Below, piece by piece: positions 26,138-40,110 of a stretch of 64,000 nt of DNA. Every line of letters begins with the position of its first letter. Within the stretch, counting starts at the first letter, position 1. The notes below the pieces were generated by a model. It was not told the origin of the DNA. It worked only from the letters and a program-made list of their open reading frames with translations, and made no database searches. The DNA is taken from NCBI RefSeq assembly GCF_009914755.1, contig NC_060947.1; one strand, written 5' to 3'. The stretch comes from the human T2T-CHM13v2.0 reference genome, Homo sapiens. Position numbers and translations under genes: made by a program.

Positions 26138-27169
26138 TAGGTTCGTCAGAATGGGGTGTCCTCAGATGTGATTTGTGGTTGTGGGTTCTGATACGGATTT
26201 ATCTAGGATTTGGTGGCAAGAGATGTGGAGATTAGGACTAGGATTGAGTCACTGTTTCAGGGGATAGCCTGGGGATGACCTAGGGAATTGTTAAGGAACA
26301 AGAGGTTACTATTTCTTTACACGGTGAGGATTGTCCTTTTTTTTTTTTTTTTTTTTCAGTCCAACCAGTGATTCCCAACTGACTTGACAGATGCTAACTT
26401 GCTATATTGCTTCTGCCACAATAATTTTTCCACAATGATTCTTAACCTATTACAAATGTATGGAAACAAATTAACCTGAGTACACTTGATTTGGTTACAT
26501 TCTAAACATATAACTTTAGGAATGAGTCCACTTAATCATGTAGGAAACTAAATGAAGATACCAGCATTGAGGCTGAAAAAGCTGATGAATGTAGAAGTTT
26601 TGAGGGCAAATGATTGTATGTAGGGTAGGAGGGAGATGATGTAGAAGAGGTCAAGTCTGCAGTCCTGGGTGAGTGGGAGGAAGAGAGAAGTCAGATGGCA
26701 GGATCTATTTCAGGAGAGGTGCAGACAGTTTTGAGCATGTTTTGCTTGAGACCCTGGCATGAAGTCTATGTGGATTTTTCCAAGAGTCTGTTATAAACAT
26801 TTGGCTGTTATTTTGTTGGAAACATTTTACTGTTATATGGGATGTCACACAACAATGAAAGTGCTGAGCTTCTCAGGGACTCTGGGGTGCAAATAAGCTC
26901 ACTTTTCACTAGGGCCTTCTCCACCCCAACCCCTACAGGTATTTAGGTTGTAACTTCCTCAAGCAGTTCTTTCCACATCATGTAGCTCTGGTCCATGCCA
27001 TGTGTGCCAATGGTAACCAAACCTTTCATCCTGACCATCACTAACTGGATTGGCGTCCCAGCCAAAAGCAACCAATCTCTGTGGAGAAAAGAGAAGCCAA
27101 CGTCCTCTGAGAAGGTACGAAATAACAACACCTGAAGCTGGGAAAGGCTTCAAGAACTTAGGTTTTTAA

Positions 27170-29530
27170 GGATTAGTGATTTTACTTTCTCAGTTATTTG
27201 TTAATATGTTGAATTACATTGGTTTTTAAATGTTAAACTCTTGTTTTCTTGGAATAAGTCTTATTTGGTCACGGCGCATTAACTTTTATACATATATCTG
27301 GATTTTATTTGCTAATATTTTGTTTAGAATGTTGGCATTTATGTTCATGGAGATGGACTGACATTAATTTTCATTTCTTGTAAAGTCTTTTGCAGGTTTT
27401 TTGTATCATGGTTATATTCATATCATAAAATGAATTGGGAACCTCTGGTTTCAGCTCCAACATGTAAAGAGCTTAGAAGTTGTCACTTCCACCCTTATAA
27501 TAAGAAAAGCCTGAACAAACTGAAAATCAATGATTTTTCTTGTACCCATCAGAGAGCTGAAGTTGCAAGGTAGACCACCACTCTGAAATTGGGAGAGACA
27601 GGCAAATCCAGAGAAGTACAGCTAATATTTGCATATCTGGAGCAGAAGCCACTTGGAGCCATAAACTGTTAGGAACACTTAAATGGTAATTTTGATGGTA
27701 ATTTTGATAAATTGCTAGAGGCTGAGTGTGAACTAGCATGAGACTGAGAAATTTCCAGGGCCACCGTCTTAGTAGAGCCCTCATATTTTCATGGATTCTA
27801 TTTCCAAAAACCTCATTAGTTTCTCCCCTACTGGCTCTGGTGGGGTAGAGCAGGGGGAGAAAATAAATCTTTATGAAATAAAACCAATGTATGCTCCATA
27901 GCAAAGGCATCTCCAGGGACAAACAGGCTTTTCCAGAGCCTTATCCCACCTGGGCAAAGGGCATTGATCCCCCTCTACTTTCCTCTAGCCTTCCTGTCTC
28001 ACCTAACAGGGAGGAAAAAGTGAAGACACAGGCACACCAAACAAGACCTGTGGCCACAGGAACACAGGCCCACCAAAAGGCTGAGATTTCATCATAGGAT
28101 TATAGAATACTTTCATTCTGCATACTAATATGCTCCCGTATAATGAAAGTAGATTACATGGACAAGAATTGAATATAGAGAAGCACAAAACAAATTTGTT
28201 GAAGTGATGGAAATGTCTCATGTCTTAATTAGGGTGACAATATTCTGGGTGTATAAATCCATCAAAACACATAGAACTGTCATCTTAAATCTGTGCATTT
28301 TATTTTACCTAAATTATACCAAAATAAAAAACATATAATGGGAAAAAATACATTATAGCAGAAAGAGCTATAAGATACAGACTCTCTCTGAGCAGGAGTA
28401 CTTAGGGAAACCCAAAGTCAACAAAGGAGACAGAAACAAGGACGTTAAAGGAATTTGAAGCCTTTGGCACCTACAGCCACCATAAACATTAAAGACATCC
28501 TAGCTCCCAGCCAGATTAATATAAAAGCTTACACTAAAGGGCTATTTAGATTATGTCTGACTTTCAACAACAGAATGAATTGGGAAGCAGTTTTTCTTTT
28601 TCTGTTCTTTGAGTTTGGTTACAATTGGTATTATTAATTCTTTACATATTTGGCACAATCCACCAGTGAAGCCACTTGAGTCTAGAGTTTTCTTTATGGG
28701 AAGTCTTTCACTAGTGGATTCAATTGTTTTAACAAATATAAGACTACTCAAATTTTCTTACATTTTTAGTGTCAGTTTGGGTACATTGTGTATTTTAAGG
28801 AATTTACTATTCACTGAAGTGTCAAATATATTAGTATTAAGTTTTCTTTTAGCATTAGTAAGATCTATAGTTAATGTTTACTTCTTTATTTTCAATATTA
28901 GTAATGTGTTTCCTCTCAAACAGTTTTACTGGCATGTTATTAATTTTGTTAAACTTTTCAGATATCACTTTTGGCTATTTTGATGTTTTCTATTCTATTT
29001 TTTATTTCACGACATTTTCCTGGTGTCTTTATTTTTACTTCCTTCTATTTCCCTTGGATTTTATTTGATGGTCTTTTTCTAGCTTTTTGAGATAAAAGCT
29101 TAGATCATGAATTTTTGGCTTTTATTCTTTTCTAATATATGTAAATAAAACTATAACTTTTCCTCTAAACTCTATAGCTGCATCTCACAAATTTTCATTT
29201 GTCATGTTTTCATTATAAGTCAATTTTTTAAAACTTTCTAAGTTCTTTTGTTATTTTTTGGATCATGATTCATAAATAAGTATATTGTTTTATTTCCAAA
29301 CTTAAGATTTTTATGGTTAACTTTTATTATTGATTTCTATCTTAACTAGGGTCAGAGAACACATTCTGAATTATTTCAATTCTTTAATATTTGTTGGGAC
29401 TTTAAAACCCAGAATATGGTCAATTTTGGTATAGTCCAAGTTCACTGATAAAAATGTGTATTCTATTGTTGGCCACAGTTTTGTATACATGTCAATTAAC
29501 TCAATTGTATTAATTTTGTTATTCTTGACT
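27170..29530 (-). mobile_element. Old L1M ORF2 fragment (host of later insertions; resumes after 31307)
   Basis: Degenerate ORF2 peptides (28551-28751 LPIKKTLDSSGFTG; 29371-29530 KIDHILG). Confidence 0.7.
27442..28573 (+). mobile_element. L1M (L1MC-like) 5'-end fragment bounded by a TSD
   Basis: ctctggtttcagctccaacatgtaaagagcttagaagttgtcac start resembles L1MC 5' ends; direct repeat aatgaattgggaa at 27429-27441 and 28574-28586. Confidence 0.65.
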
Positions 29531-29541
29531 GCTATATCTTT

Positions 29542-31293
29542 TTTTTTTTTTGGCAGAGCTAGCTGAGGTTTTATTTTGGACAAAAAAAAAAAAAAGCAAA
29601 TAGAGGTCCTCAGGCGGTAAACTCCCCCTCGAATGGGCTGACGGCTAGCACTGAGCCTCAGGTGAGCCTCCCTCCCGTTCCCTGTGCTCCCCTGCACAGC
29701 AGCCTCCCTCCCAGGCTCTGGGGCAGCCGCAGGAGGGGCAGGCTGGGAGGGGCTGCCGCAGCTGTTCCCTTGGGCAGGATGTCAGAGGACTGGAACACCA
29801 GCTTCCCATCACGGGTCTCGATCTTCTTCACAACCATGGCCCTGGTGAAGCTGGTGCGGCTGAAGGAGCTGGAGCCCACACCAGAGCCAAAGCTAGAACC
29901 CAGGCCGTAGCTGAGGCTGGGGTTTGTGAGGCCCTCATAGGCGGAGCTCAGACCACCTGCATAGCCCCTGGTGGTCTTCCTATGGGTGCTCATGTTCTGC
30001 ATCCCAGATTCCAGCCGGCTCTCCTCGCCCTCCAGCAGCTTCCTGTAGGTGGCGATCTCTACGTCCAGGGCCAGCTTGACATTCATCAGCTCCTGGTATT
30101 CACGCAGAGGCCGCGCCATGTCCTGCTTGGCCCGCTGCAGAACGGCCTCCAGCTCGGACAACTTGGCCTTGGCATCCTCAACGGCCAGCTCCCCACGCTG
30201 CTTGGCATCTGCGATGGCGGCCTCCAGGGAAGCCCGCCCTCAATCTCAGCCTGGAGCCAGCTGATGTTCCGGCTGATGTTCATCTCAGAGAACTCAGTCT
30301 TTGTATGCCCCAGGTCATCCCCGGGCTTCCCAGCCAGAGTTTGCAGTTCCTCATACTTGATCTGGTACATTCTCTCAGCCTCAGCCCAGCTGCGGTTGGC
30401 AATCTCCTTGTACTGCTCCTTGATTTCAGTGGTGATGCTGTCCATGTCCAGGGAGCGGCTGTTGTCCATGGACAGCACCACAGATGTGTTCGAGATCTGA
30501 GACTGCAGCTCCCGGATCCCCTCTTCATACAGCTGCCTGAGGAAGTTGATCTGGTCAGTGAGCCCTTCCAGGCGAGACTCAAGCTCTACCTTGTTCATGT
30601 AAGCTTCATCCACATCTTTGATGAGGAAAAATTCATTCTCCATCTCTGTACACTTATTGATCTCATCCTCATACTTGTTCTTGAAGTCCTCCACCAGCCC
30701 CTGCATGCCTGCATGTTGCCAAGCTCCGCCTCAGGCTTCAGCTTCTCCTGGCCCAGAGTCTCCAGCTGCCGCCTAAGGTTGTTGATGTAGCTCTCGAACA
30801 TGTTGTCCATGTTGCTCTGAGCCATCTTCTGCTGCTGCAGGAGGCTCCACTTGGTCTCCAGCATCTTGGTCTGCTGCTCCAGGAACTGTACCTTGTCGAT
30901 GAAGGAAGCAAACTTGTTGAGGGTCTTGATCTGCTTCTTCTCCTGGGTGTGCACAGCCTGGATGTTGGGGTCCACCTCCAGGTGAAGGGGACTCAGCAGG
31001 CTCTGCTTGACCATGATGGTGGTGATGCCTCCCATGCCACTGACCCCACCATAGCCTTCACCCATGCCATCCCGGAAGCTGCTGCTGCCCACTCGGGAGA
31101 AGCTTGAGGAGCTGATGTGGGCACTGGGCCCATGTGTGTAGGAGCAGCTGCTGAAGGCCCGGGGGCCAGAGGTGGGCACCTTGTAGGACTTCTGGATCAC
31201 CCTGGTGGACATGGTGGAGGCAGGGGTGGAGGCAGGCAGGCTGAACCAGGCGGAGATTCCAGAAGGAGCAGAGAAGCTGCTTCTTGGTGGGCA
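29542..31293 (-). pseudogene. KRT8P: Processed keratin 8 (KRT8) pseudogene, full-length mRNA copy
   Basis: ORFs 30595-31212 ([12 protein letters not shown]...[14 protein letters not shown]), 30086-30706 and 29658-30161 ([18 protein letters not shown]...[11 protein letters not shown]) tile KRT8 without introns; 5'UTR, AATAAA at 29570-29575, poly(A); TSD actgc(t/a)atatcttt at 29528-29541 and 31294-31307; two frameshifts; the specific KRT8P number is not determinable. Confidence 0.97.
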
Positions 31294-31810
31294 ACTGCAA
31301 TATCTTTACTGTTATATTTTTCATTTGCTTGTACTATCAGGCACTGAAAAGTTTGTTAATGTTAATTATAGATTTTTCTATTTCTGTGCATTTCTGCTTT
31401 ATATACTTTTCAGGTATATTATTGGGTGTATACAATAATGGTTTTTATTAGTTTCTCCTATTTATTGGTATGAAATATCTCTATCTCAAACAATTCTTCA
31501 TGCCTTGAATTACATGTTGGATAATATTTTGGCTACCTTATTTTCTTTTGGTATATACTTTTTAATCCTTTTTGCTATAAATCTTTCTGTGTCCTTATAT
31601 TGATATCTTCCTTTTAGGCAGTATAAAGTTGGGCAGGGTTTGTTTCTAGGCATCTTATTCTATTAGTCTATCATTATATCAATACTATATACACTGCCAT
31701 AAGTATTATAGCTAATTATTGCTATCTAGTAAGGATATTTTCTCTTTAGGAGTGTCTTGGCTATTTTTACACTTTGTTCCTTCATATTTGTTTTAAATCT
31801 TTTTGTCAAG

Positions 31811-31812
<2 letters not shown>

Positions 31813-31855
<43 letters not shown>
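31813..31855. repeat. (AC)21 microsatellite
   Basis: Read directly. Confidence 0.97.
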
Positions 31856-31857
<2 letters not shown>

Positions 31858-32091
31858 CCTGCTGGGTTTGTGTTGCAATTCCATTGAATCTGTTGATCAA
31901 CTGGAGGGCAATATTAAGTCTTCCTACCCACGACTACAGTTTCCACTTAGAACTTTTTAAATGACTTTCAATATAGTATTTTATTTTCACAATAAATATA
32001 TTACATCCTTTTAACTACTTTTATTTCTAGGAACTGCACAGTTTTAAGGCTAAGTTCATTTTCTGTCACTGGAATATAGAAATGTTACTGA

Positions 32092-34130
32092 AATTTTTAA
32101 CTTTTTATTTTGAAATAATTTTAGATTTATAGAAGAGTTACAACGATAGTATATAGAATTCCCATATGCCCTTCACCCCGCCTCCCCTAATGCTCACATC
32201 TGATATGGTTTGTCTGTGTCCCTACCCAAATCTCAACTTGAATTGTATCTCCCAGAATTCCCATGTATTGTGGGAGGGACCTGGGGGAGGTTATTGAATC
32301 ATGGGGGCTGGTCTTTTTCCCGTGCTATTCTCGTGATAGTGAATAAGTTATATGAGATCTGATGGGTTCATCAGAAGTTTCTGCTTTTGCTTCCTCCTCA
32401 TTTTCTTTTGCCACTGCCATATAAGAAGTGCCTTTTGCCTCCAGTCATGATTCTGAGGCCTTCCCAGCCATGTGGAACTGTAAGTCCAATTAAATCTCTT
32501 TTTCATCCCAGTCTCGGGTATGTCAGAAAGCATGAAATGCTTTCATGTCAGCAGCATGAAAACAGACTAATACAACATCTTACATAACCATGGCACAATT
32601 ATCAAACTAAGAAATTAACATTAGTACAATACTGTCAACTAAATTATATGTGTTATTTAGATTTTCTCAGTTTTTCTGCCAATATCTTTTTATCTGTTTG
32701 AAGATCACATGCAGGGTAACACCTTGTATTTAATCACGTTGTCTCCCTAGTCTCTTCCAATGCGTAGCAGCTTCTTGGTTTTGCTTCTCTTTCATGACCT
32801 TGACCCTTTTGAAAGAGTACTGGCCAGGTATTTTATAGGATGTTTCACAATTTGGATTTGTAAGATGTTTTCTCATAATTAGACTTGGGTTATAGATTTG
32901 GAGGAAGAATACAGCATAAGGGAAAGTGCCCTTCTCATTGCCTCATTTCAAGGAGTACATGGCATTAACTTATCATTGGTGATATTAGACTTGATTATTT
33001 GGTTAAGGTGGTGTCTGCCAGGTTTCTCCACAGTGAATTTATTATTTCTTTCCATATTTAATTTGTTAAAAGTGAGTCATTAAGTTCAGTCACATTCAAG
33101 GGGAAGAAATTAAACTCCACCTCCTTGAGGAAGGAGTATGAAAAAATTCTGTGGTCCACCAGAGTAATTACTAAATTGGGGAGAAATACTTGGAGACTAC
33201 ACAAATACACTTTTCTCCTTAAAGTTTTGTCCACCAGTTTAGCATTCATCAACAGATACTACCTACAGCAGTTATCACTGTGGTGTTCTAATGCTGATAT
33301 ACTGTTTTCTTCATTTCTTCTATACTCATTAATTGGAATTATTCTTTAATGAAGATTTGTCCTTTCTTCCCCATTATTTATATCTTTGATCATTTATTTA
33401 TATCAGGTGGACTCATGGATAATTGTGTCCTTTGAGTTATAACCCAATACTATCATTATTTTTATGTTTCTCAATTGGTTATTGACCCTCTTTCAGTTTG
33501 GCTCCTGTGTTCTTATGGCATGCCTCCACTCCTAACCCCCTTCCCTTTTTTAGCCCTTCCTTACTTACTAATACTACAAAATGGATAAGGTATTTTCCTT
33601 CCTTTAGCTTTAAAATCAGCCATTCTCCAAGGAGCTGTGGTTCCTTTTATTGAAGGGTGGTATTTTAAAACCCAGATCTTGGTGCTGGGTATACCTGTTA
33701 CTATTGAAATGTTACTGCTTCTTGGATCTCTCAAAGCTAAAAAGTTACACACCCGCACACACTCAAACCCATGTATACAAATATACATCTTTATTTATTT
33801 TTATCTCTCTCTACTTTTATTTATATCTATCTATCTATCAACATGAGCTCATGCTGATATCTCTGACTCTACTGTAGCATCACAGGATTCATTCTGTCCT
33901 CCCCCACCCCTTCATTTACTTGTAACTTCTTTCTTTGACAGTGTGAAATCTGGGCTCATTAACTTTAATATAGTTACTTATTTGATCAATCCTAGTAGGC
34001 ATATAAAGTAGTTTCAGAAATGCTAACCCTTATCCTTATGGGAAAAAATTTCCCAACCAGAATACAATGTTTACTTATAGTTCTTTTTGTCTTTAGATAT
34101 AAAATTTCCAGTCAAAAATCATTTTACTAT
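32092..34130 (-). mobile_element. L1MC-like 3' region
   Basis: ttttattttgaaataattttagatttatagaagagttaca...cccttcacccc...cttacataaccatggcacaattatcaaactaagaaattaacattagtacaatac. Confidence 0.75.
32201..32574 (+). mobile_element. THE1 (THE1A-like) solo LTR
   Basis: tgatatggtttgtctgtgtccctacccaaatctcaacttgaattgtatctcccag...gactaataca; 5-bp TSD ACATC. Confidence 0.92.
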
Positions 34131-37100
34131 TTTCCAGGACACAACATACAAAAATCTCTGGGATGCAGCAAAAGTAGTGTTAAAAGGAAAGTTTATAGTG
34201 CTAAACACCTACATCAAGAAGTTAGAAAGACCTCACTAACAATTCAACATCATACCTAGAGGAGCTCAAAAAAAAAAAAAAAAAAAAACTAACCCCAAAG
34301 TTACCAGAAGAAAAGAAATAACTGAAACCAGAACAGAACTGAATGCAATTGAGACCCCCACATCCATGCAAATGATCAACGAAAGCAAAAATTGGTTCTT
34401 TGAAAGGATAAACAAGATCAATAGAACACTAGCTAGATTAACAAAGAAACAAAGGAGAAGATCCAAATAAGCACAATCATAAATGACAAAGAAACATTAA
34501 AACCAATTCTGTAGAAACACAGAAGTTACTCAGAGATGTGAGTACCTCTGAACACTTCTGTGCACACAAGAAAATCTAGAGAAAGTGGATAAATTTCTGG
34601 AAACACACAACTTCCCAAGACTGAATCTGGAAGAAATTAAAATCCTGAACAGACCAATAACAAGTTCTGAAATTGAGTCAGTAATAATAATAAAAAAAAC
34701 CCCTACCAACCAAAAGAAGCCCAGGACCAGGTGAATTCACAGACAAATTCTACCAGTTATATAAAGAAGAGTTGGTGCCAATCTTAGTGACAACTTACAC
34801 CACTATTCCAAAAAAGCAGGGAGGAGGGATTATTCCCTAATTCTATGAAACCATCATCACCCTGATACCAAAATCTGGCAAAAACACAATGAAAAAAGAA
34901 AACTACAGGCCAATATCCCTGACGAACATAGATACAAAATTCCCCAGCAAATTACTAGAAATCCAAATCCAGCAGTACATCAAACTTTAATCCATCACAA
35001 TCAAGTAGGCTTCATTTCTAAGATGTAAGTTTGGTTCAGCATATGCAAATCAATAAATGTGATTCACCACATAAGCAGAATAAAAACCAAATACCACATA
35101 ATCATCTCAATAGATGCAGAAAAAGTTTTTGATAAAATTTAACATCCCTTCGTGATAAAAACCTTCAACAGACTAGGCATCGAAGGAACATACTTCAAAA
35201 TAATAAGAACCATCTATGACAAACCCACAGCCAACATCAAACTGAATGGGCAAAAGCTGGAAACATTCCCCTTGAGAACCAGAGCAAGACAAGAATGCCC
35301 ATTCTCACCACTGCTATTCAACATAGTACTGGATGTCCTAGCCAGAGCAATCAGGCAAGAGAAATAAATAAAGTTCATCCAAATAGAAAGAGAAGAAGTC
35401 AGACTATCTCCCTTTGCAGACAATCTGATTCTGTACCTAGAAAACCCCATAGTCTCTGCCAAAAAGCTCCTAGATTTGATAAACAATTCCAGTAGTTTCA
35501 GGATACAAAATCAATGTACAAAACTAGTAGCATTTCTATACACCAGCAATGTCCAAGTTGCGAACCAAATCAAGAATGCAATCTCATTCACAGTAGCCAC
35601 AAAAAGAATAAAATATCTAGGAATACAGCTAACCAGAGAGGAGAAAGCTGTCTACAATGAGAATTACAAAACACTGATCAAATAAATTAGAGATAACACA
35701 AACAAATGGGAAAACATCCCATGCTCATGAATAGGAAGAATCAATATCATTAAAATGTCTATACTGCCCAAAGCAACCTACAGATTCAATGCTATTCCTA
35801 TCAAATTACGAGCATCATTTTTCACAAAATTAGAAAAAACTATTTTAAAACTCACTTGCAACCAAAAAAGAGCCCAAATAGCCAAAGCAATTCTAATCAA
35901 GAAGAACAAATCTGGAGGCATCACATTACCCAATATCAAAGCCTATGGTAACCAAAGCAGTGTGGTATGGGCACAAAAACATACATATAGACCAATGGAG
36001 TAGAATAGAGGACCCAGAAATAAAGAATCACACCTACCACCAACTGATCTTTGACAAAGTGGACAAAAATAAGCAGTGATGAAAGAACTCCCTATTCCGT
36101 AAATGGTGCTGAGATAACTAAGTATATGCAGAAGAATGAAACTGGACGCCCACCTGTCACCATATACAAAAATTAACTCAAGATGGATTAAAAACTTAAA
36201 TGTAAGACCTTAATTGTAAGAATCCTAGAAGAAAACCTAGGAAATACCCTTCTGGACATAAGCTCTGACAAATAGTTTATGACCAAATTCTCAAAAGCAA
36301 TTGCAACAAAAACAAAAATTGACAAGTGGGACCTATTTAAGCTGCAGAGCTTCTGCATAGCAAAAGAAACTATCAACAGAATAAACACACAACCTACAGA
36401 ATGGGGGGAAATATCCACAAACTATGCATCTGACAAAGGTCTAACATCCAGAATATATAAGGAACTCAAACAAATAAGCAAAAGACAACCCCAATGCAAA
36501 TGTCCATCAATGATAGACTGGATTAAGAAAATGTGGCACATATACACCATGGAAAACTATGCAGCCATAAAAAAGGATGGGTTCCGTGTCCTTTGCAGGG
36601 ACATGGATGCAGCTGGAAACCATCATTCTCAGCAAACTATCACAAGGACAGAAAACCAAATACTGCATATTTTCACTCATAAATGGGAATTGAACAATGA
36701 GAACACTTGGACACAGGGCGGGGAATATCACACACTAGGGCCTGTCATGGGGTGGGGGGCTGGGGGAGGGATAGCATTAGAAGAAATACCTAATGTAAAT
36801 GACGAGTTGATGGGTGCAGCAAACCAACATGGCACATGTACACCTATGTAACAAACCTGCACGTTGTGCACATGTACCCTAGAACTTAAAGTATAATAAT
36901 TTTTAAAAAGTGGACAAAGGACATGAACGGACATTTCTCAAAAGTAGACATACACGCAGCCAAGAAATATGAAAAAATGCCCAAATTTACTAATCATTAG
37001 AGAAGTGCAAATCAAAACCACAATGAACTATCATCTCAAACAAGAATGGCTATTACTAAAAAGTCAAAAAATAACAGATTTTTTGTTGTGGAGAAAAGGG

Positions 37101-37745
37101 AACACTTGTACACTGCTGGTGGGAATGTAAATTAGTTCAGCCACTGTGGAAAGCAGTTTGGAGGTTTCCTAAAGAACTAAAAATGCAACCACCATTCGAC
37201 CCAGGAATCTCATTACTGGGTACATACCTAAAGGAAAATAAATAATTATTTCAAAAAGATACGTGCACTCATATGTTCATCACAGCACTGTTCACAATAG
37301 CAAAGACATGGAATCAACCATGGTGCCCAACGATGGTGGATTGGATAAAGAAAATGTGGTATACGTACACCATAGAATACTACACAGCCATAGAAATGAA
37401 CAAAATTATATCCTTTGCAGCAACATGGATGCAGCTGGATGCCATTATCCTAAGTGAATTAATGCAGGAATGGAAAATCAGATTCTACATGTACTCACTT
37501 AACAAGTGGGTGGGTACTCATGGACATAGAGATGGGAATAATAGACACTAGGGACTACTAGAGGGGTGAAGACGGGACGGGGTAAGGGTTAAAAAACTAA
37601 CTGTTGGGTACTATGCTTACTTCCTGGGTGAGGGGTTCAATCACACTCCAAACCCAGCATTATGCAATATACCCACGTAAAAAGCTTGCACATGTACCCC
37701 TGAATCTAAAGTTAAAAATTGAATTAAAATATAAATAAAATAATA
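34131..37745 (+). mobile_element. 5'-truncated L1PA16-like element
   Basis: ORF2 peptides (35152-35367 [17 protein letters not shown]; 37273-37551); L1PA16-type 3'UTR and A-rich tail. Confidence 0.88.
36497..36900 (+). mobile_element. Younger L1PA 3' end (~400 bp) nested in the L1PA16
   Basis: caaatgtccatcaatgatagactgg...ccctagaacttaaagtataataat interrupts host acaacccca|ttaaaaagtggacaaagg. Confidence 0.88.
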
Positions 37746-38432
37746 GTTTATACAGTTAGATTTGTCAGTCTGCATTCATTCCATCCTATGTTCTCCAGAC
37801 ATTCCAAATGATTTTTAAAATTTTCATACAGTAAACTTCACTTTTAGTGATGTACAGTTCTGTGAGTTTTGACAAATTCAGTCATAGATTCACCAACATG
37901 GTACCGTATAGAATAGTTCCATCACTCCATAAAATTCTCTTCTGCACCCCTTTATATTCAGTCCATGTCCCCTCCCCTAATTCCTATAAACCACCGAACT
38001 GTCTTTCATGTCTATAGTTTTGCTCCTGCCAAAATGTCATATAGAAGAAATCCTACATATGTAACCTTTTGGATCTGGTTTCTTTAATTTAGCAAAATGC
38101 CTTTGAGGTTCATCCATATTGTGGCATAAATTTGTAGTTATTCCTTTTTATTGCTGAGTAGTATTCATTGTATGACATACCACCATTTGTTTATCCATGA
38201 ATCTATTGAAGGATATCTGGGTTGTTTCCAGTTTTTGGCTATTATGAATTAAGCTCCTATAAATATTCATGTACAGGTTTTTGTGTGAACATAGTTTTCA
38301 ACTCACTTGGCTAAATACCTAAGAGTGGAATTACTCTTTCTAGCAGTAAGTTTATGTTTAATGTTTTAACAAAGTGCCAAACTGTTTTCCAAAATTGCTA
38401 CACTATTTTGCATTCTCACCAGCAATGAATGA

Positions 38433-38931
<499 letters not shown>

Positions 38932-40110
38932 CTTTTGTCCATTTTTAAAAAATTCAGTTGTTTGTTTGCTTATGGTCAAATTTTAAGTGTTTTAAGTATA
39001 TTACAGGTAAAATTTCTTTATCAGATATGTGATTTGCAAATATTTTTCCTTTCTGTGGCTTTTCTTTTCATTCTCTTAACTATGTTTTTCACAGAGCAAA
39101 TGTTTTTAATTTTGGAAAGGTCTAATTTATCAATTTTTTATTTTATGGGTCATGCTTTTGATAGTATATCTAAAAACTCATTGCCAAACCTAATGTCATG
39201 CATATTTTCTTTGATGTTTTCTTCTAAATGTGTTATAGTTTTATGCTTTACATTTAAGTCTATTATTCATCTTGAATACATTTTGTATAACGGCAATTTA
39301 TTCTTGAGTACTAATTTTAGATTTTGGCATCTTGCTAAATTATTTATAAATTCTAATAAATTAGGTTTTCAATAAAGACAATAATCTCGTCTCAGAGAAA
39401 TAATGGTTTTCTTTTTTTTCTATTTGAGTCTTTACATATTTAATTCCTTTTTTTACTGTGCTGGTTGGAATAATTCTAAATATAGAAGTGGTGATAACAG
39501 AGGCCTTTATCTTGTTCCTACTGTTTAAGAATATGCTTTCAACATTTTTACATTAAGCATAAAGTTTGCTCTCAGTTTTCTTTAATGCCCTTTATGGGAT
39601 TAGTGGCCTTATCTTATGTTTCTACTTTAATAATGTTTTATATCAGGAATGGTTTTTGAATTACATTAAACAATTTTTCACATATATTCAGAGGATTAAA
39701 AAACTTTTTATTTAATCTGTTAATATGAACATTTTGTTAGATTTAAACCAACTTTACAGTGCTGGAATAAGCCAACTTTGCTCATGCTGTATAATCTTTA
39801 TTACATATTATAGTGTTCTATTTAATAATGTTTTGTTTATGATTTTGTATCTGTATTAATCAATGAGATAGCACTATAACTCTCCTTTCTCATTTATCAG
39901 GGTAAGGTTTTGATATCAAGCTTATACTAGTCTCATAAAAAAATTGGAAAATTTCCCTCGGAACTGGTTATATAAGTGTATTTGTTATTTGTAGTTTATT
40001 GAAATTACCCATAAAACTGTGTTGTCCTTGTGTCTTCTTTGTGAGAAGAGTTTTGTAACTACAAATTTAGGCATTTTATGTCTTGAGTCAATTTTAGTGA
40101 TTATATCTTC

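Noticed and set aside
29982-30790. Plus-strand ORFs of 161-172 aa
   Set aside because: Antisense shadow frames of the KRT8 coding sequence.
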